Origin: an uncultured Acidobacteriota bacterium
GTDB lineage: Bacteria; Acidobacteriota; Terriglobia; UBA7540
Direction of reading: 5' to 3'
Length of the DNA stretch: 64,000 bases
Assembly: GCA_963804995.1 (NCBI GenBank)
Contig: CAWDSK010000002.1
Location: 416,001-480,000 of the forward strand
The notes beneath the pieces are model-generated. The model saw only the letters and a program-made list of their open reading frames with translations. It did no database searches and was not told the origin of the DNA. This document shows positions 1 to 10,917 of the stretch, in pieces. The position numbers and the translations under genes are program-made. The stretch's first letter is position 1. Each line of letters starts with the position of its first letter.

Positions 1-22
1 GCTTTCCCCCAGCCCCTAGCAC

Positions 23-913
23 CTAAATCGGCACTACGCGAAAATTAATATCCACGGCGGCGGCGGAATGCGTGAGGGCGCCGACGGAAATATAATCCAC
101 GCCCGTTTCCGCATAGGCGCGAATGTTGCTCGCGTCGATGCCGCCGGAGACTTCCAGGCGCACGCGGCCGCCGGCGCGAATCACGCACTCGCGGACCAAT
201 TCCGGCGTCATGTTATCAAGCAGCACGCCGTCCGCCCCGGCAGCAATGGCTTCTTCCAGTTCCGGGAGGGTGTTGATTTCAACCTCCACGTGGTAACCGG
301 CGGGGCGCTGTTGGCGGGCGCGCTCGATGGCGGTGCGAACGCCACCTACCAGCCGCAGGTGATTCCCTTTGATCAGGATGCCATCATCCAGCCGCAGCCG
401 ATGATTGCGCCCGCCGCCCACGCGCACCGCGTATTTTTGCAGGCTGCGCAGGCCCGGCGTGGTCTTGCGTGTGTCGAGAAATTCCGCGCGCGTTCCCGCC
501 AACTCTTCCTTCAAGCGGGCCGCAAAAGTGGCAATGCCGCTCAGGTGTTGGAGAAAATTCAGAGCCACGCGCTCGCCGGATAGCAGCGATCCCGCCGTGC
601 CGCGAACTGAGGCGAGCGCCGTGCCCGGCTCTACTTCCACGCCGTCGGCCACAATATCCTCCCATTCCAGTGAGGAATCGAGAATCTCAAAAACCTTCTG
701 GGCGATGGGCAACCCCGCCACCACCAGGCGTTGCTTGCTCTGAAAGGTTCCGCGGGCCCGGGCCTCCTGCGGGATGGTCAGGCGAGTCGTCAAGTCGCCC
801 TGCCCCAGGTCCTCGGCCAGCGCATGGAAGATCAGGTCGCGAAGCTCCTCGGAAGAAAAATCCAGGGCTTCGGAGGAGGCGTCTGCGGCCGGTGGACTGA
901 GGTATCCCCCCAC
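23..913 (-). CDS. nadC: Nicotinate-nucleotide pyrophosphorylase (carboxylating)
   Basis: Motifs EDLGQGDLT, ERVALNFLQHLSGIAT, DTRKTTPGLR, LLDNM, SGGI and ISVGALTHSA. Start codon uncertain. Confidence 0.95.
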   Translation of the reverse strand: MGGYLSPPAADASSEALDFSSEELRDLIFHALAEDLGQGDLTTRLTIPQEARARGTFQSKQRLVVAGLPIAQKVFEILDSSLEWEDIVADGVEVEPGTALASVRGTAGSLLSGERVALNFLQHLSGIATFAARLKEELAGTRAEFLDTRKTTPGLRSLQKYAVRVGGGRNHRLRLDDGILIKGNHLRLVGGVRTAIERARQQRPAGYHVEVEINTLPELEEAIAAGADGVLLDNMTPELVRECVIRAGGRVRLEVSGGIDASNIRAYAETGVDYISVGALTHSAAAVDINFRVVPI

Positions 914-916
914 GTT

Positions 917-3673
917 TCAACCCAACCTTTCGAGGGAATCGAGGACTTTGCGGAGATGCTCCTCGAGTTCCCTGGACTGATGCTCGGCGCCGCGCACCAC
1001 TTCCTGCGGGGCGCGCGCCAGGAATTCCTGATTGCTCAGTTGCGTGCGGACCCGCGCCAGTTGCTGCTCAAGCTTCTGCTTATCCTTCAGCAGGCGCGCC
1101 CGCTCCGCCTCGTGGTCAACCTTCTCCTCATGCAGAATGCGCAAGTCGAACGACACGCCCGCCCGCACATCCGATAGGTCCGCCGCCAGATGGCCGCGCG
1201 TGAGGTGCAGGGCTTCCAGGCCGGCCAGGCGCAGAATCGTTTCCTGATGGGTGCGGAAGATCTCCAGCAGCCGCAAATCCTCAGAGGCAACATGCAGGCT
1301 GGGCTTCTGCTTCTGCAGACCCATCTCCGCCTTGGCGTTGCGCGTCGCAACCACCAACTCCTGGATCATTTCAAACTGCTTCTCTGAAACCGGGTCGGAC
1401 ACGCGCTCGCCCACCAGGCTGAAATCCGTCAGTGAAATTGACGGTCCGGGATTCCCGTGCGGCAGGAGGTGCCAGAGCTCCTCGGTGATGAAGGGCATGA
1501 AGGGGTGGAGCAGGTGCAGCGCGGCTTCGAAGCTCCGCGCCAGGTTGATCCACGCGGGCGGCGCCTTATCACCCTCCACGGGACGCGTAATCTCCGGCTT
1601 GACCCATTCCACGTACCAGTCACAGAGCTCGTGCCAGAAAAAGTGATACACCTTGAAGGCCGCTTCGTGGAAACGGTAATTTTCGAGTGCTTCACCCATT
1701 TCCCTGGTCACGGTCGCGAGACGCGAGAACATCCAGCGATCCGCCAGCGCCAGGTGCTCCGGCCCCGCCACCGGCTCAAAACCTACGCCCGGGATCGGTT
1801 CCAGTGCCTGGGCAAGCTGGCGGCGTGGATCTTCCGGCAGTTTCTGCAAGTTCATCAGGATGAATCTGCCCGCATTCCAGATCTTGTTGGCGAAGGCGCG
1901 ATAGGAATCGACTTTCTCTTCCGAGAACGCGATGTCCGTGCCGGGCGCGGCGCTGATGGCGAGTGCGAAGCGCACCGCGTCCGTCCCATACTTCTCCGTC
2001 ACTTCCAGCGGATCGAGCACGTTGCCCTTGGTCTTCGACATCTTCTGGCGCTCCGCGTCACGCACCAGAGCGTGGATGTAGAGTTCGCGGAAGGGCACGG
2101 CCTTCATGAACTTCAGACCCAGCATGATCATGCGCGCGCCCCAGAAAAAGAGGATGTCGAAGCCCATGATCATCAGATTGTTGGGATAGAAACGCGCGAG
2201 ATCGGCGGTCTCATCCGGCCATCCCAACGTGGCGAAAGGCCACAGGGCGGAACTGAACCAGGTGTCAAGCGTGTCCAGGTCCTCACGCAGGGAGGCGCTG
2301 GAGCACTTCGGACAATGTGTCGGCGTCTGGCGAGCCACAATTGCCTCACCGCACCCGTCGCAATACCAGGCCGGAATGCGATGTCCCCACCAGATCTGCC
2401 GCGAGATGCACCAATCGTGGATCTTGTACATCCAGTCGAGATAAATCTTCTTGTAGTTGTCCGGAGTGATGGGGATTAGCCCTTTATCCACCACGCGAAT
2501 GGCGGGCTCGGCCAGCGACTGCATTTTCAAGAACCATTGGGTCGAGAGCAGCGGCTCAACAACGGTTTTGCAGCGCTGGCAGGTTCCCACGCTGAGCGGA
2601 TAGTCTTCAATCTTCTCGAGCAACCCCTGCGCGCGCAGGTCCTGAACCACGGCCTCCCGCGCCTGGTAACGATCCTTACCCTGGTAAGCCGGGCCCGCGT
2701 CAGCAGTCATGCGCGCGTGCTCGTCAATCACCACCACGCGCGGCAGGTTGTGGCGCTGCGAAATGGCATAGTCATTCGGGTCGTGCGCAGGCGTCACCTT
2801 CACGGCCCCGGTGCCAAACTTCGGGTCCACAAACTCATCGCCGATAACGGGAATAATTCGGCCGAGCAGAGGCAGAACGATCTTGCGGCCCAAGGCGGCG
2901 CGGTAACGGTCGTCGGTGGGATTCACGGCGACGGCCGTGTCACCCAACATCGTCTCCGGCCGCGTGGTGGCCACGGTCAAATGGCCCTGACCGTCCTCAA
3001 AGGGATAACGAATGTACCAGAGGTGTCCCGGGCGATCCTCATGCACGACCTCCAAATCCGAAACTGCCGTGCCACAGCGCGGGCACCAGTTGACAATGTA
3101 TTGGCCGCGATAAATCAGCCCTTCTTCGTAGAGCCGGATGAAAACTTCCTGTACGGCGCGCGAGTAGGCGGGGTCCATGGTGAAGCGGTCGCGCGTCCAA
3201 TCGACCGACGTGCCCAGGCGTTCCATCTGCCGGCGGATGGTGCCGCCGTTTTCTTCCTTCCACTTCCAGCAGCGCTCGAGGAATTTCTCCCGCCCCATTT
3301 CGGTGCGCAGGCGTTGCCCTTCGCGCTGCCAGGCGCTCTTCGCTTGTGACCCTTCAAGGTCAGGCAGCGCTTCGCGCCCCAGTTCCCGCTCCACGATCAT
3401 CTGCGTGGCGATGGCGGCGTGATCAGTGCCCGGCAGCCACAGCACGTTTGCGCCGCGCATGCGATGCCAGCGCATCAGGATGTCAATTTCCGTGTGCTCC
3501 AGCATGTGCCCCATATGGAGCATCCCGGTGATGTTGGGCGGAGGAATCACCAGGCAGAAGCCCGGAGCGGCGCTCAAGTCCGAGGGCCGATAGAGGTTCG
3601 CGGCCACCCACTGGCGCGCCCAGCGAGGTTCGATGTTCTCCGGTAGATAGACCTTGGAGATCTCAGTTTCCAA
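917..3673 (-). CDS. valS: Valine--tRNA ligase
   Basis: PPPNITGMLHMGH (HIGH), ATTRPET, DWCISRQIWWGHRIP, KMSKT and a C-terminal coiled coil; 918 aa. Confidence 0.97.
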   Translation of the reverse strand: METEISKVYLPENIEPRWARQWVAANLYRPSDLSAAPGFCLVIPPPNITGMLHMGHMLEHTEIDILMRWHRMRGANVLWLPGTDHAAIATQMIVERELGREALPDLEGSQAKSAWQREGQRLRTEMGREKFLERCWKWKEENGGTIRRQMERLGTSVDWTRDRFTMDPAYSRAVQEVFIRLYEEGLIYRGQYIVNWCPRCGTAVSDLEVVHEDRPGHLWYIRYPFEDGQGHLTVATTRPETMLGDTAVAVNPTDDRYRAALGRKIVLPLLGRIIPVIGDEFVDPKFGTGAVKVTPAHDPNDYAISQRHNLPRVVVIDEHARMTADAGPAYQGKDRYQAREAVVQDLRAQGLLEKIEDYPLSVGTCQRCKTVVEPLLSTQWFLKMQSLAEPAIRVVDKGLIPITPDNYKKIYLDWMYKIHDWCISRQIWWGHRIPAWYCDGCGEAIVARQTPTHCPKCSSASLREDLDTLDTWFSSALWPFATLGWPDETADLARFYPNNLMIMGFDILFFWGARMIMLGLKFMKAVPFRELYIHALVRDAERQKMSKTKGNVLDPLEVTEKYGTDAVRFALAISAAPGTDIAFSEEKVDSYRAFANKIWNAGRFILMNLQKLPEDPRRQLAQALEPIPGVGFEPVAGPEHLALADRWMFSRLATVTREMGEALENYRFHEAAFKVYHFFWHELCDWYVEWVKPEITRPVEGDKAPPAWINLARSFEAALHLLHPFMPFITEELWHLLPHGNPGPSISLTDFSLVGERVSDPVSEKQFEMIQELVVATRNAKAEMGLQKQKPSLHVASEDLRLLEIFRTHQETILRLAGLEALHLTRGHLAADLSDVRAGVSFDLRILHEEKVDHEAERARLLKDKQKLEQQLARVRTQLSNQEFLARAPQEVVRGAEHQSRELEEHLRKVLDSLERLG

Positions 3674-3804
3674 AGCGACCTTCCCCTAAAAGATTCCAGC
3701 TATGCAATGAAATCAAAATACTATAACGGCTGCGTAAAAGTGAGTCAAACCATCACGCGGCACGCGTTCCCCGTGTTACAAAACAGGAATCGCAGGCGTA
3801 AGGC

Positions 3805-5374
3805 TTAGACTTGAGGTGGGGGTGATACGACGCCGAATTCGGGGGCGATTTCGTCGGCAACCCTCCGGGCCATCTCCTCCATGGCGTCGGCGTGCAGGGC
3901 GTGCGGCGACATTTCCACAACTACTTTGTGGACGATCGAAAAGAACGTGCTCCAATCGAGTACCGCAGGAGGTGCGGGAACCTCGGCAGGAGCCTCAGCC
4001 GGTGTCTCAGTTGGAGTCTCGGCAGCCGCAGCCTCGGCAGGAGCCTCGGCCGAAATCTCGTTGGCGGTAATCTCAGCGGGAGCTTCAGCCGCCATTTCGG
4101 AAGCTGCAACCTCGGCGGGAGCTGCAGCGGGAATCTCAGGCGCCGCAACCTCAACGGAGGACTCAGTAGCCGCAACCTCGCTGGAAGCCTCGGGCGGCCC
4201 AGCCTCGGCAGGCACAGCTTCGGCTAAAACCTCAGGTGAGACAGTCTCAGCAGCTTGCTCGGCAGGCACGGTTTCCGTCGAGGCAACTTCCGCTTCCTCA
4301 GAAGCAAAGGTTACCTGGCCGGCGGCGGCATCGTCCAGCGAGAAGCTATCCAGGCTCGTGGCAGTTACCACCGGACCTTCGATCAGCTCCTCGGCGGGGG
4401 AAGGCTCCACAGACGTCTCTGGGGAGGCTGGGGGCGCTTCTGCTTCGAGTTGCGGCTCGAGTGCGGGCGCGCTAGAGGTTTCCGGAGGCGGCGGGGAGGG
4501 AACGGTCTCATCTCTCCACACCGGCTCGGCAATCTCCACCGGAGCGCGGAAAATCATCGTTCCCGTTCCCGCCTGAATATTCGGAAGCAAGGTCATGGGC
4601 ACGGTCTTTTCTTCGATGAAGACGGGCTCGGATGAGGACGTTTGGGGTTCGTCAACAAGCACGGGACTTTCCCCGCTGGGGGGTGGCTGGGGGGCAGCAA
4701 CCGTGTCGCCGGCTTCGGCCGCCGGTTCCGCCACCTGCGCAACCTCCGGCTCAGGGTAAGGAAGAGTCTCTCCGGTCTCTACGGTTAGCAACTCTGGTGA
4801 ATGGGCTTGCTCCGGTTCGGCGGCGGGCTCACTCTCAAAGGCCACACCTTCGGGGACCACGGAGAAATCCGCGGGGGCGACATCTGCCGCCGGTGGCAAC
4901 TCTTCCGGTTCTTCACTCGTAAGGAAAAATTCCCGAGTCGGCGCAGGAAGTGGCACGGGCGTAACCTGCAAAGTTTCCGTGTTCCCGGCCTTCAGTGATG
5001 CCTCAAACTGCGCGGCGAACCTCTCAACCATGGAGATTAATTCGTGCGGTTCAAAAGGCTTCTTGATTCTTCCATCCGCCTGGACCTGCGCGCCCCGCGC
5101 TGCGTCGTAAGGTTCCATGTCGCTGGCTACCAGCAACACGGGCACGCGTGAAAGTTGCGCTGACTTCTTAACGAAGTCGCACACTTCGTAACCGTCTCTG
5201 CCTGGCATGGAAACGTCGGCGAGAATAACCACGGGTTGCATCGTCGCCAGACGCTTGATGGCAGCAACACCGTTGGAAACGGTTTCGACGTTCAAACCCC
5301 TCACCCTTCAGAATTCCGACCGCCTTCTTCTGAATAGTGGGACTGTCGTCGGCGACCAACACCATACGAGCCAC
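3805..5374 (-). CDS. Response regulator: receiver domain, long acidic Pro/Ala/Glu linker and C-terminal helical region (RomR-like); +1 frameshift near 5290-5300
   Basis: VLVADDSPTIQK (5168..5422 frame) joins VETVSNG...ADVSMPGRDGYEVC...KKPF (3805..5304 frame). GTG at 5374 follows an AGGAG RBS. Confidence 0.8.
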
Positions 5375-5573
5375 GGGGATTCTCCTGTGTAGCGCTAGAC
5401 CCGGTTGCTTCACCAATACCATGACACTGCGCCGAAGTCAAGGCGCAACCGGTTGGGAATCTTAAGGTTGCAGGGTCGCGACGGACCCAGGGCCGACCCC
5501 TGCTCTTCCGCCGCCGGGAATTCTCGCGTCCCGCCTAAACACCAACTAGTCGCGATCGGGGGTTGGCACTGAT

Positions 5574-6764
5574 TTAGATGGGTTTAATGATCTTCTTCAA
5601 GATATGGAAGCGGCTCTTTTTCTTGGCCGGCTCGTCTGGAGTCGTAGAATTGGGTGAGCTTTTATCGGGCGCAGTTTCCTTGGGTTTCGCGGTAGCGTCG
5701 TTGGGCGCCGCTTTGGGGTCGGTGGGCTTCGCCGGGGCCAAGCTGGATTCTCCCACGGGCTGGACCACGATGCTCCCCACGGGGGGTTGGACGCCACCTG
5801 CCGGTCGGGTCTTGACTACTTGGACTTCCCCGGGCGGCGGGCCGATGTGCACCGGCCCGTGAAGCGTGGCGCTGGTGTCGGGAGCGCTCGAGATGCCCCC
5901 TACGAATTTGCTCAAGAAGTCTTTGTGGACCTGGTGCGCGGCATCTGCTTGGGCTCGCGCCATCATGGCACGGGTCGGCTTGGGAATGGGTTGCTTCATC
6001 GCCGTCAGCCGGTCTTTGGCCTCCGCCACATGCGGGCTCAAGGGGAAGTCGGTGATGAGGCGCGAGTAATAAGGTACCGCATCATTTGCCTTCTTCAAGT
6101 GTTCCAGGCTCTGCCCCAGATAAAAGAGCGCGTCGGCGCCTTCACTGAAGTTCGGGTACTTGTCGACAATCTCCTGAAAGCGTGAGCGCGCGGCCAGGAA
6201 GGCGTTGTGGGTGAAATAGAAGTTGGCCGTATAGTATTCACCCTCCGCCAGCACCTGTTGGGCTTCCCGCATGCGCGCCTTGACGCGAGGCATCACCGGG
6301 CTATCCGGATACTTCAGGAGGAATTCCTTGAACTCAGCTTCCGCCAGACGAGCTTCGGTTTGGTCGCGGTCAGACTTCGCCATTAATCGGAAATGCGCCA
6401 TGCCTACCCGATACTGTGCCTGCGGCGCCTCCGGAGCGGTGGGAAAGAAAGTGATGAAATCCTTGTACTCTGCTTCCGCCTGGGTCAACCCGGAAACCCC
6501 TCCTTCATCGTAATAGGAGTCCGCTATTGCCAGCTTGGCTCGGGAAAGATACTCACTGTCCGGATAGGTGTTGATCAGGGTTTGAAGGGTTAGCCGCCCC
6601 ACGTCGAACCGATTATGCTTGATCTCGTTGGTGGCTTTTTCGAAAAGAATCTTGTCGGGCTGATCGCCGGGGCCAAATTGCAAGGCGAGCTCCGGGCGCC
6701 GGTGCCGCCGAACAAACGCGCATCCCGGAAGGAAGGCTACGAGCAGCCCCAGCAGCATCGCCAA
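5574..6764 (-). CDS. bamD: Outer membrane protein assembly factor BamD (TPR lipoprotein)
   Basis: Lipobox-like LPGC, TPR helices (LQTLINTYPDSEY...AKLAIADSYY, YKDFITFFP) and a Pro-rich tail. Confidence 0.85.
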   Translation of the reverse strand: MAMLLGLLVAFLPGCAFVRRHRRPELALQFGPGDQPDKILFEKATNEIKHNRFDVGRLTLQTLINTYPDSEYLSRAKLAIADSYYDEGGVSGLTQAEAEYKDFITFFPTAPEAPQAQYRVGMAHFRLMAKSDRDQTEARLAEAEFKEFLLKYPDSPVMPRVKARMREAQQVLAEGEYYTANFYFTHNAFLAARSRFQEIVDKYPNFSEGADALFYLGQSLEHLKKANDAVPYYSRLITDFPLSPHVAEAKDRLTAMKQPIPKPTRAMMARAQADAAHQVHKDFLSKFVGGISSAPDTSATLHGPVHIGPPPGEVQVVKTRPAGGVQPPVGSIVVQPVGESSLAPAKPTDPKAAPNDATAKPKETAPDKSSPNSTTPDEPAKKKSRFHILKKIIKPI

Positions 6765-6830
6765 GGCGAAAGCGTTTCGGGTTGCGGGCTGGGTTAATCC
6801 TTTGAACAGAAAGCTAACTCCCCCTCAATA

Positions 6831-7517
6831 TCACACGCTGGTAATTCGGCCTGATGCCGCGGCGAGACGCATCATCTTCTGGAGGCGCGCGCGTGGGTCA
6901 CCGTCTTGAAAGATGTCAGAACCCACCACCAGGATGTCTGCGCCAGCGCTAACAAGTTCGTCCAGGTTCTCGAATCCTACGCCGCCCCCCTCAACCTGGA
7001 GCGCGAAATTGTGCCGGCCCTCTTCCCTGGCTCGATACGCCTGTTGAAGCTTGACGACCGTACGCGGCCGATAATCCTGCGAGCTTGCATTGAGCAAGGG
7101 CTCAGAAGTCATCAGGGTGAGGAAGTCGATATCCCCCAAGACCTCTGAAACCGCTTCTATAGGAGTCGCAGGGTTGAGGGCGACTCCTGCCTTGGCGCCG
7201 CGCGCACGAATCAGTCCTAGCAACTGGGGCAAATGCAGCGTGGATTCTACCTGCACGGCAAGCCGGTCAGCGCCGGCATCCAGAAAGTCTGCCACGAATC
7301 GTTCCGGCCGCTCAACCAGTAGGTGGATATCCAGGACAAGGTCGGTGGCCTTGCGCAAGCTTCGAATGACCGGTTGGCCCACGCTGAGGTCGGGAACAAA
7401 GTGCCCGTCCATGACATCCACGTGAACCATGGATGCGCCCGCCTCTTTGATCCGCTGGAGTGCCTCCCCCAACCGAGCAAAATCCGCTGCCAGCAGAGAG
7501 GGCGAAATCAAGGCCAT
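6831..7517 (-). CDS. rpe: Ribulose-phosphate 3-epimerase
   Basis: ISPSLLAADF, HVDVMDGHFVP, GVALNPATP and GADILVVGS. ATG at 7517. Some metal-ligand positions look divergent (LQVEGG). Confidence 0.85.
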   Translation of the reverse strand: MALISPSLLAADFARLGEALQRIKEAGASMVHVDVMDGHFVPDLSVGQPVIRSLRKATDLVLDIHLLVERPERFVADFLDAGADRLAVQVESTLHLPQLLGLIRARGAKAGVALNPATPIEAVSEVLGDIDFLTLMTSEPLLNASSQDYRPRTVVKLQQAYRAREEGRHNFALQVEGGGVGFENLDELVSAGADILVVGSDIFQDGDPRARLQKMMRLAAASGRITSV

Positions 7518-7768
7518 AATCGCAGTCCCACGGTGAAGCTTATTTCCGTGAGCAACGCCTCCTAGAGTAGCACAAAGTCTTCGGATTCGGGAAGTACACG
7601 GCAACACCTTTTACGGTCCCGCTTCTGCTTCTATCCCCCAAAGGTCAAAATGACCTGCCTCGCATGGTGAATCATGCCGGCCAGCCCGGGCCTGAGTTCG
7701 TACTGCGAGCTGCGGCAGTTCCCCCCAGCAAGACCTCGCGAAAAGTCTCAAAGACACCCCGAAATCAC

Positions 7769-7795
7769 TTATGTCTAATGAATCAACCGCCGATG
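7769..7795 (+). promoter_or_regulatory. Possible sigma28-like promoter (TTATG-N15-GCCGATG) upstream of the TonB receptor
   Basis: GCCGAT -10-like box with the same spacing as the site at 17582. The -35 match is weak. Confidence 0.25.
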
Positions 7796-7953
7796 TTCTT
7801 AATTGTTAGCAGGCGGGATAGCCCGCGTTGAGAGGCTCTGTTTGCGCGCCCGACGATCGCCGCCAGGGCACGTTCGCACCCGCCTGGTCACGGGGCGCTG
7901 CGGTTGAGCCAAAGCCTTCTGCCGCGATCCCGGTTGACCGACTGCGTTTGCCT

Positions 7954-9994
7954 ATGGTTAAACGAACGCTCTTATTATTACTCTCCTCCCTTCTGGTGAT
8001 CGGTGCTGACGGGGCCCGGTTGTGGGCCCAGAGCACCCCATCACCTCCCGACCTCATGGATATGAATCTGGAAGACTTGATGAAGGTTGAGATCGATTCC
8101 GTTTATGGCGCTTCTGGGTACAAGCAGAAAGTGGCTGACGCGCCGGCCTCGATCACCATCATCACTGCCGACGAGATCAGGCGATATGGTTACCGCACTT
8201 TGGCCGATATCCTGCGCAGCGTGCCGGGCTTTTATGTGACCTACGACCGCGTATACGATTACCTAGGCGAACGGGGCTTTGGCCCCCCGGGAGACTACAA
8301 CAGTCGCTATTTGCTTCAGGTGGACGGCCACCGGGTGAACGACAACATTTTTGACCAGGCTTTTATAGGCACCGATTTTCCGGTGGATGTCGACCTGATC
8401 GACCGGGTTGAGGTCATCCGCGGCCCGAACTCCTCGCTGTATGTGGCGAGTGCCCTCCTGGGAATCATCAACATTGTCACCAAGCCGGGGCGCGACGCCC
8501 AAGGCCTGACCGTCTCGGGTGAGCTGGCGAGTTACGGGACTTATAAATCGCAACTTACCTATGGCCACCATTTCCGTAACGGCCTGGAAATGCTCCTTTC
8601 CGGTTCCTATTACCACAGCCACGGACAAGACCTCCTCTATTTCAAAGAGTTTGACAACCCCGCTACCAACTATGGCCTGGCGCAAAACGCTGACTACGAT
8701 GAATACGCTCATCTCTTCGCGGATCTCTCCTACGGCCATTTCCGATTGGAGGGGGCGTACGGGTCGCGGGAAAAGGGGATTCCCACCGGCGCCTTCGGGA
8801 GCGTCTTCGATGATTCCGCGAACCACGCGATCGACACCCGGGAATACTTCGACCTAAAGTATGACCGCAACTTCGGGAGCGATTGGGGCATCATGGGCCG
8901 CGTATACATCGACCGCTACCCGTATAGCGAGAATCTTATCTATCGATCTTTCGTCCTTTGGCGGCCCTTCCCGCGCGGTAATCAATGCCCACGGTCCCGG
9001 GGAATGGTGGGGTGCGGAGGGCGCAGTCTCTAAGAAACTCTTTGGCAACCAGACGCTGGTCGTGGGCTCGGAATTCCGCGACAATTTCCAGCAGGACATG
9101 GTGGAGAATCTTCTGCAACCTTCTATGACGGTCGCGAACGTTCGCACCAGCTCGACCATTGCGGGAGTTTACGCCCAGGATGAAATTTCCCTGCACCACA
9201 ATCTCACCTTGGACTTAGGCCTCCGCTATGACCAGTACTCCACTTTTGGCGGCACCGCCAATCCCCGTGCCGCCTTGATCTATCAACCCTTCGAGAAGAC
9301 GACCCTCAAGCTCCTCTACGGCCAGTCGTTCCGCGCCCCCAACGCTTATGAGCTGTACTTTCAATCGACCAATCCCTATTTCCAAGCGTTGCTCCCCAAC
9401 GGTAACCCGAATCTTAAGCCCGAAACCGCTAGGACCACGGAGCTGGTGGTCGAACAGGGTGTTGGCCATCAATTCCTGTTCGTCGTCTCAGGCTACTACT
9501 ACCCGGTCCGAGGGCTGATCAGTGCAGAATCGGATCCCGCCACCGGGGCGTACGAATACCAGAATGGCCACCATGTAAATCTGCTGGGCACTGAGATCAC
9601 CCTGAAAAGACAATCGCGCTCGGGGTTGGAGGCGGGTGTGAGTCTTAGTCTTCAGGATGCCCAGACCGGCACTGCCGGACCCCCACTTACCAATTCGCCC
9701 CACACCTTGGTCCAGGGGAATCTAAGTGTGCCCTTATTTCACAGGAAGCTCTATGCCAGTACTGACATCAACTACGTCAGCCGCAGGAGCACCCTGCAAG
9801 GTAATTTTGCCGACGCTTACGCCGTTCCCAACTTCACCCTTTTCAGCAACGCCTTCAAGCATTGGGATGTATCGGTGAGCCTTTATAATGCCTTCAACCA
9901 AAGATTCGGTGACCCAGCCGGTCCTGAGAATCCGCAAGACATCATTTTTCAGGATGGGCGAAATTTCCGGGTAAGGTTTGCGTACCACTTTTGA
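7954..9994 (+). CDS. TonB-dependent receptor; +1 frameshift near 8944
   Basis: Signal peptide and plug (APASITIITADEI, IDRVEVIRGPNSSLY). The barrel continues in frame 8861..9994 (GQSFRAPNAYELY, NPNLKPE) and ends in F. Confidence 0.9.
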
Positions 9995-10000
9995 GCTGCG

Positions 10001-10618
10001 ATGAAGACACCTAGGCGCAAACACGACGATCTGAAGCCGGGGTGCGAGGGCCATTTCGGTGCCAGGCCTGCCTGGAAGACGTGGGCCTTCCTCTGGCCCG
10101 TGGTTTGCTGTGTTTTGATTGCTGCCCCTCCCCATGCCTTTGCGCAGGGCAATGATGAGGGTGAATATCGCGTGAAGTTGGCGTTCCTTTACAACTTTGC
10201 CCAGTTCGTGCAATGGCCCGAGGACACATTTCGCGACGCGGAGGCGCCACTCGCCATCTGTGTGGCGGGGGATAATCCCTTCCAGGGGGAGATTGAGAAG
10301 AGCTTGCGTGGCCGGACGGTCGGGGGCCGCTCCGTGGAAGTCAGGAAACTCAATCCGGACGAGGATCCCCACGCCTGTCAGATGATCTTCGTGAGAGCGA
10401 CGGAAAAGAAGGTGACCCCACGGATTCTTGCCAGCTCCAAGGGTTCGAGTACGCTGACGGTGGGCGAAGCCGAGGGATTCGCCGAGCGCGGCGGCATTAT
10501 CAACTTGACGAGGGAGCAGAATAAGCTCCACTTCGAAATCAACCTCGATGCCGCCACCCAAACCCGGCTGAAGATAAGTTCAAAGCTGCTCGCCCTCGCC
10601 AAGATCGTCAAGGAGTAG
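10001..10618 (+). CDS. YfiR/DUF4154-family periplasmic regulator
   Basis: EYRVKLAFLYNFAQFVQWP, LTVGE, GGIINL, FEINLDAA and ISSKLLALA. Starts 6 bp after the receptor stop. Confidence 0.9.
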   Translation: MKTPRRKHDDLKPGCEGHFGARPAWKTWAFLWPVVCCVLIAAPPHAFAQGNDEGEYRVKLAFLYNFAQFVQWPEDTFRDAEAPLAICVAGDNPFQGEIEKSLRGRTVGGRSVEVRKLNPDEDPHACQMIFVRATEKKVTPRILASSKGSSTLTVGEAEGFAERGGIINLTREQNKLHFEINLDAATQTRLKISSKLLALAKIVKE

Positions 10619-10654
10619 CGGGACCCGGGAACAACCATACCGGCCTTGCATCAG

Positions 10655-10785
10655 CGGGGCTAAAGAGCTTTCGGAAAAACCCGTTGGCGCTGCGCTCATC
10701 AACCCCGCCCCTTTATCCCCTTACCAGCACCTCCGACGGGGTGGTTATCCGCGCTGGGGTGTTTTTTGAACCCTCTAAAGCCCGG
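10655..10785. repeat. MITE-like insert (10665-10775) inside a GGGCTAAAGCCC palindrome, with TAAA duplicated
   Basis: gggc-TAAA-gagctttcggaaaaac...gttttttgaaccctc-TAAA-gccc. Confidence 0.55.
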
Positions 10786-10830
10786 CGTCGTGCAGTCAAC
10801 AACCGCTTTCTGCTTTCCGCCTTCTCCCTT

Positions 10831-10870
10831 TCCCGACTCTATCGGGACTCGCACAAAGCGCTCGCTGCCT
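10831..10870 (+). repeat. 40-bp direct repeat, copy 1
   Basis: tcccgactctatcgggactcgcacaaagcgctcgctgcct; 37/40 identical to 17458-17497. Confidence 0.85.
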
Positions 10871-10917
10871 TATGCTCTCCCGCCCCGCCCTTCCAGACCC
10901 TTGGTGAGAAATCCGCA

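Noticed and set aside
3990..4300. Repetitive gcctcggc-type tract as a DNA repeat element
   Set aside because: It is explained by the Ala/Glu/Pro-rich protein linker.
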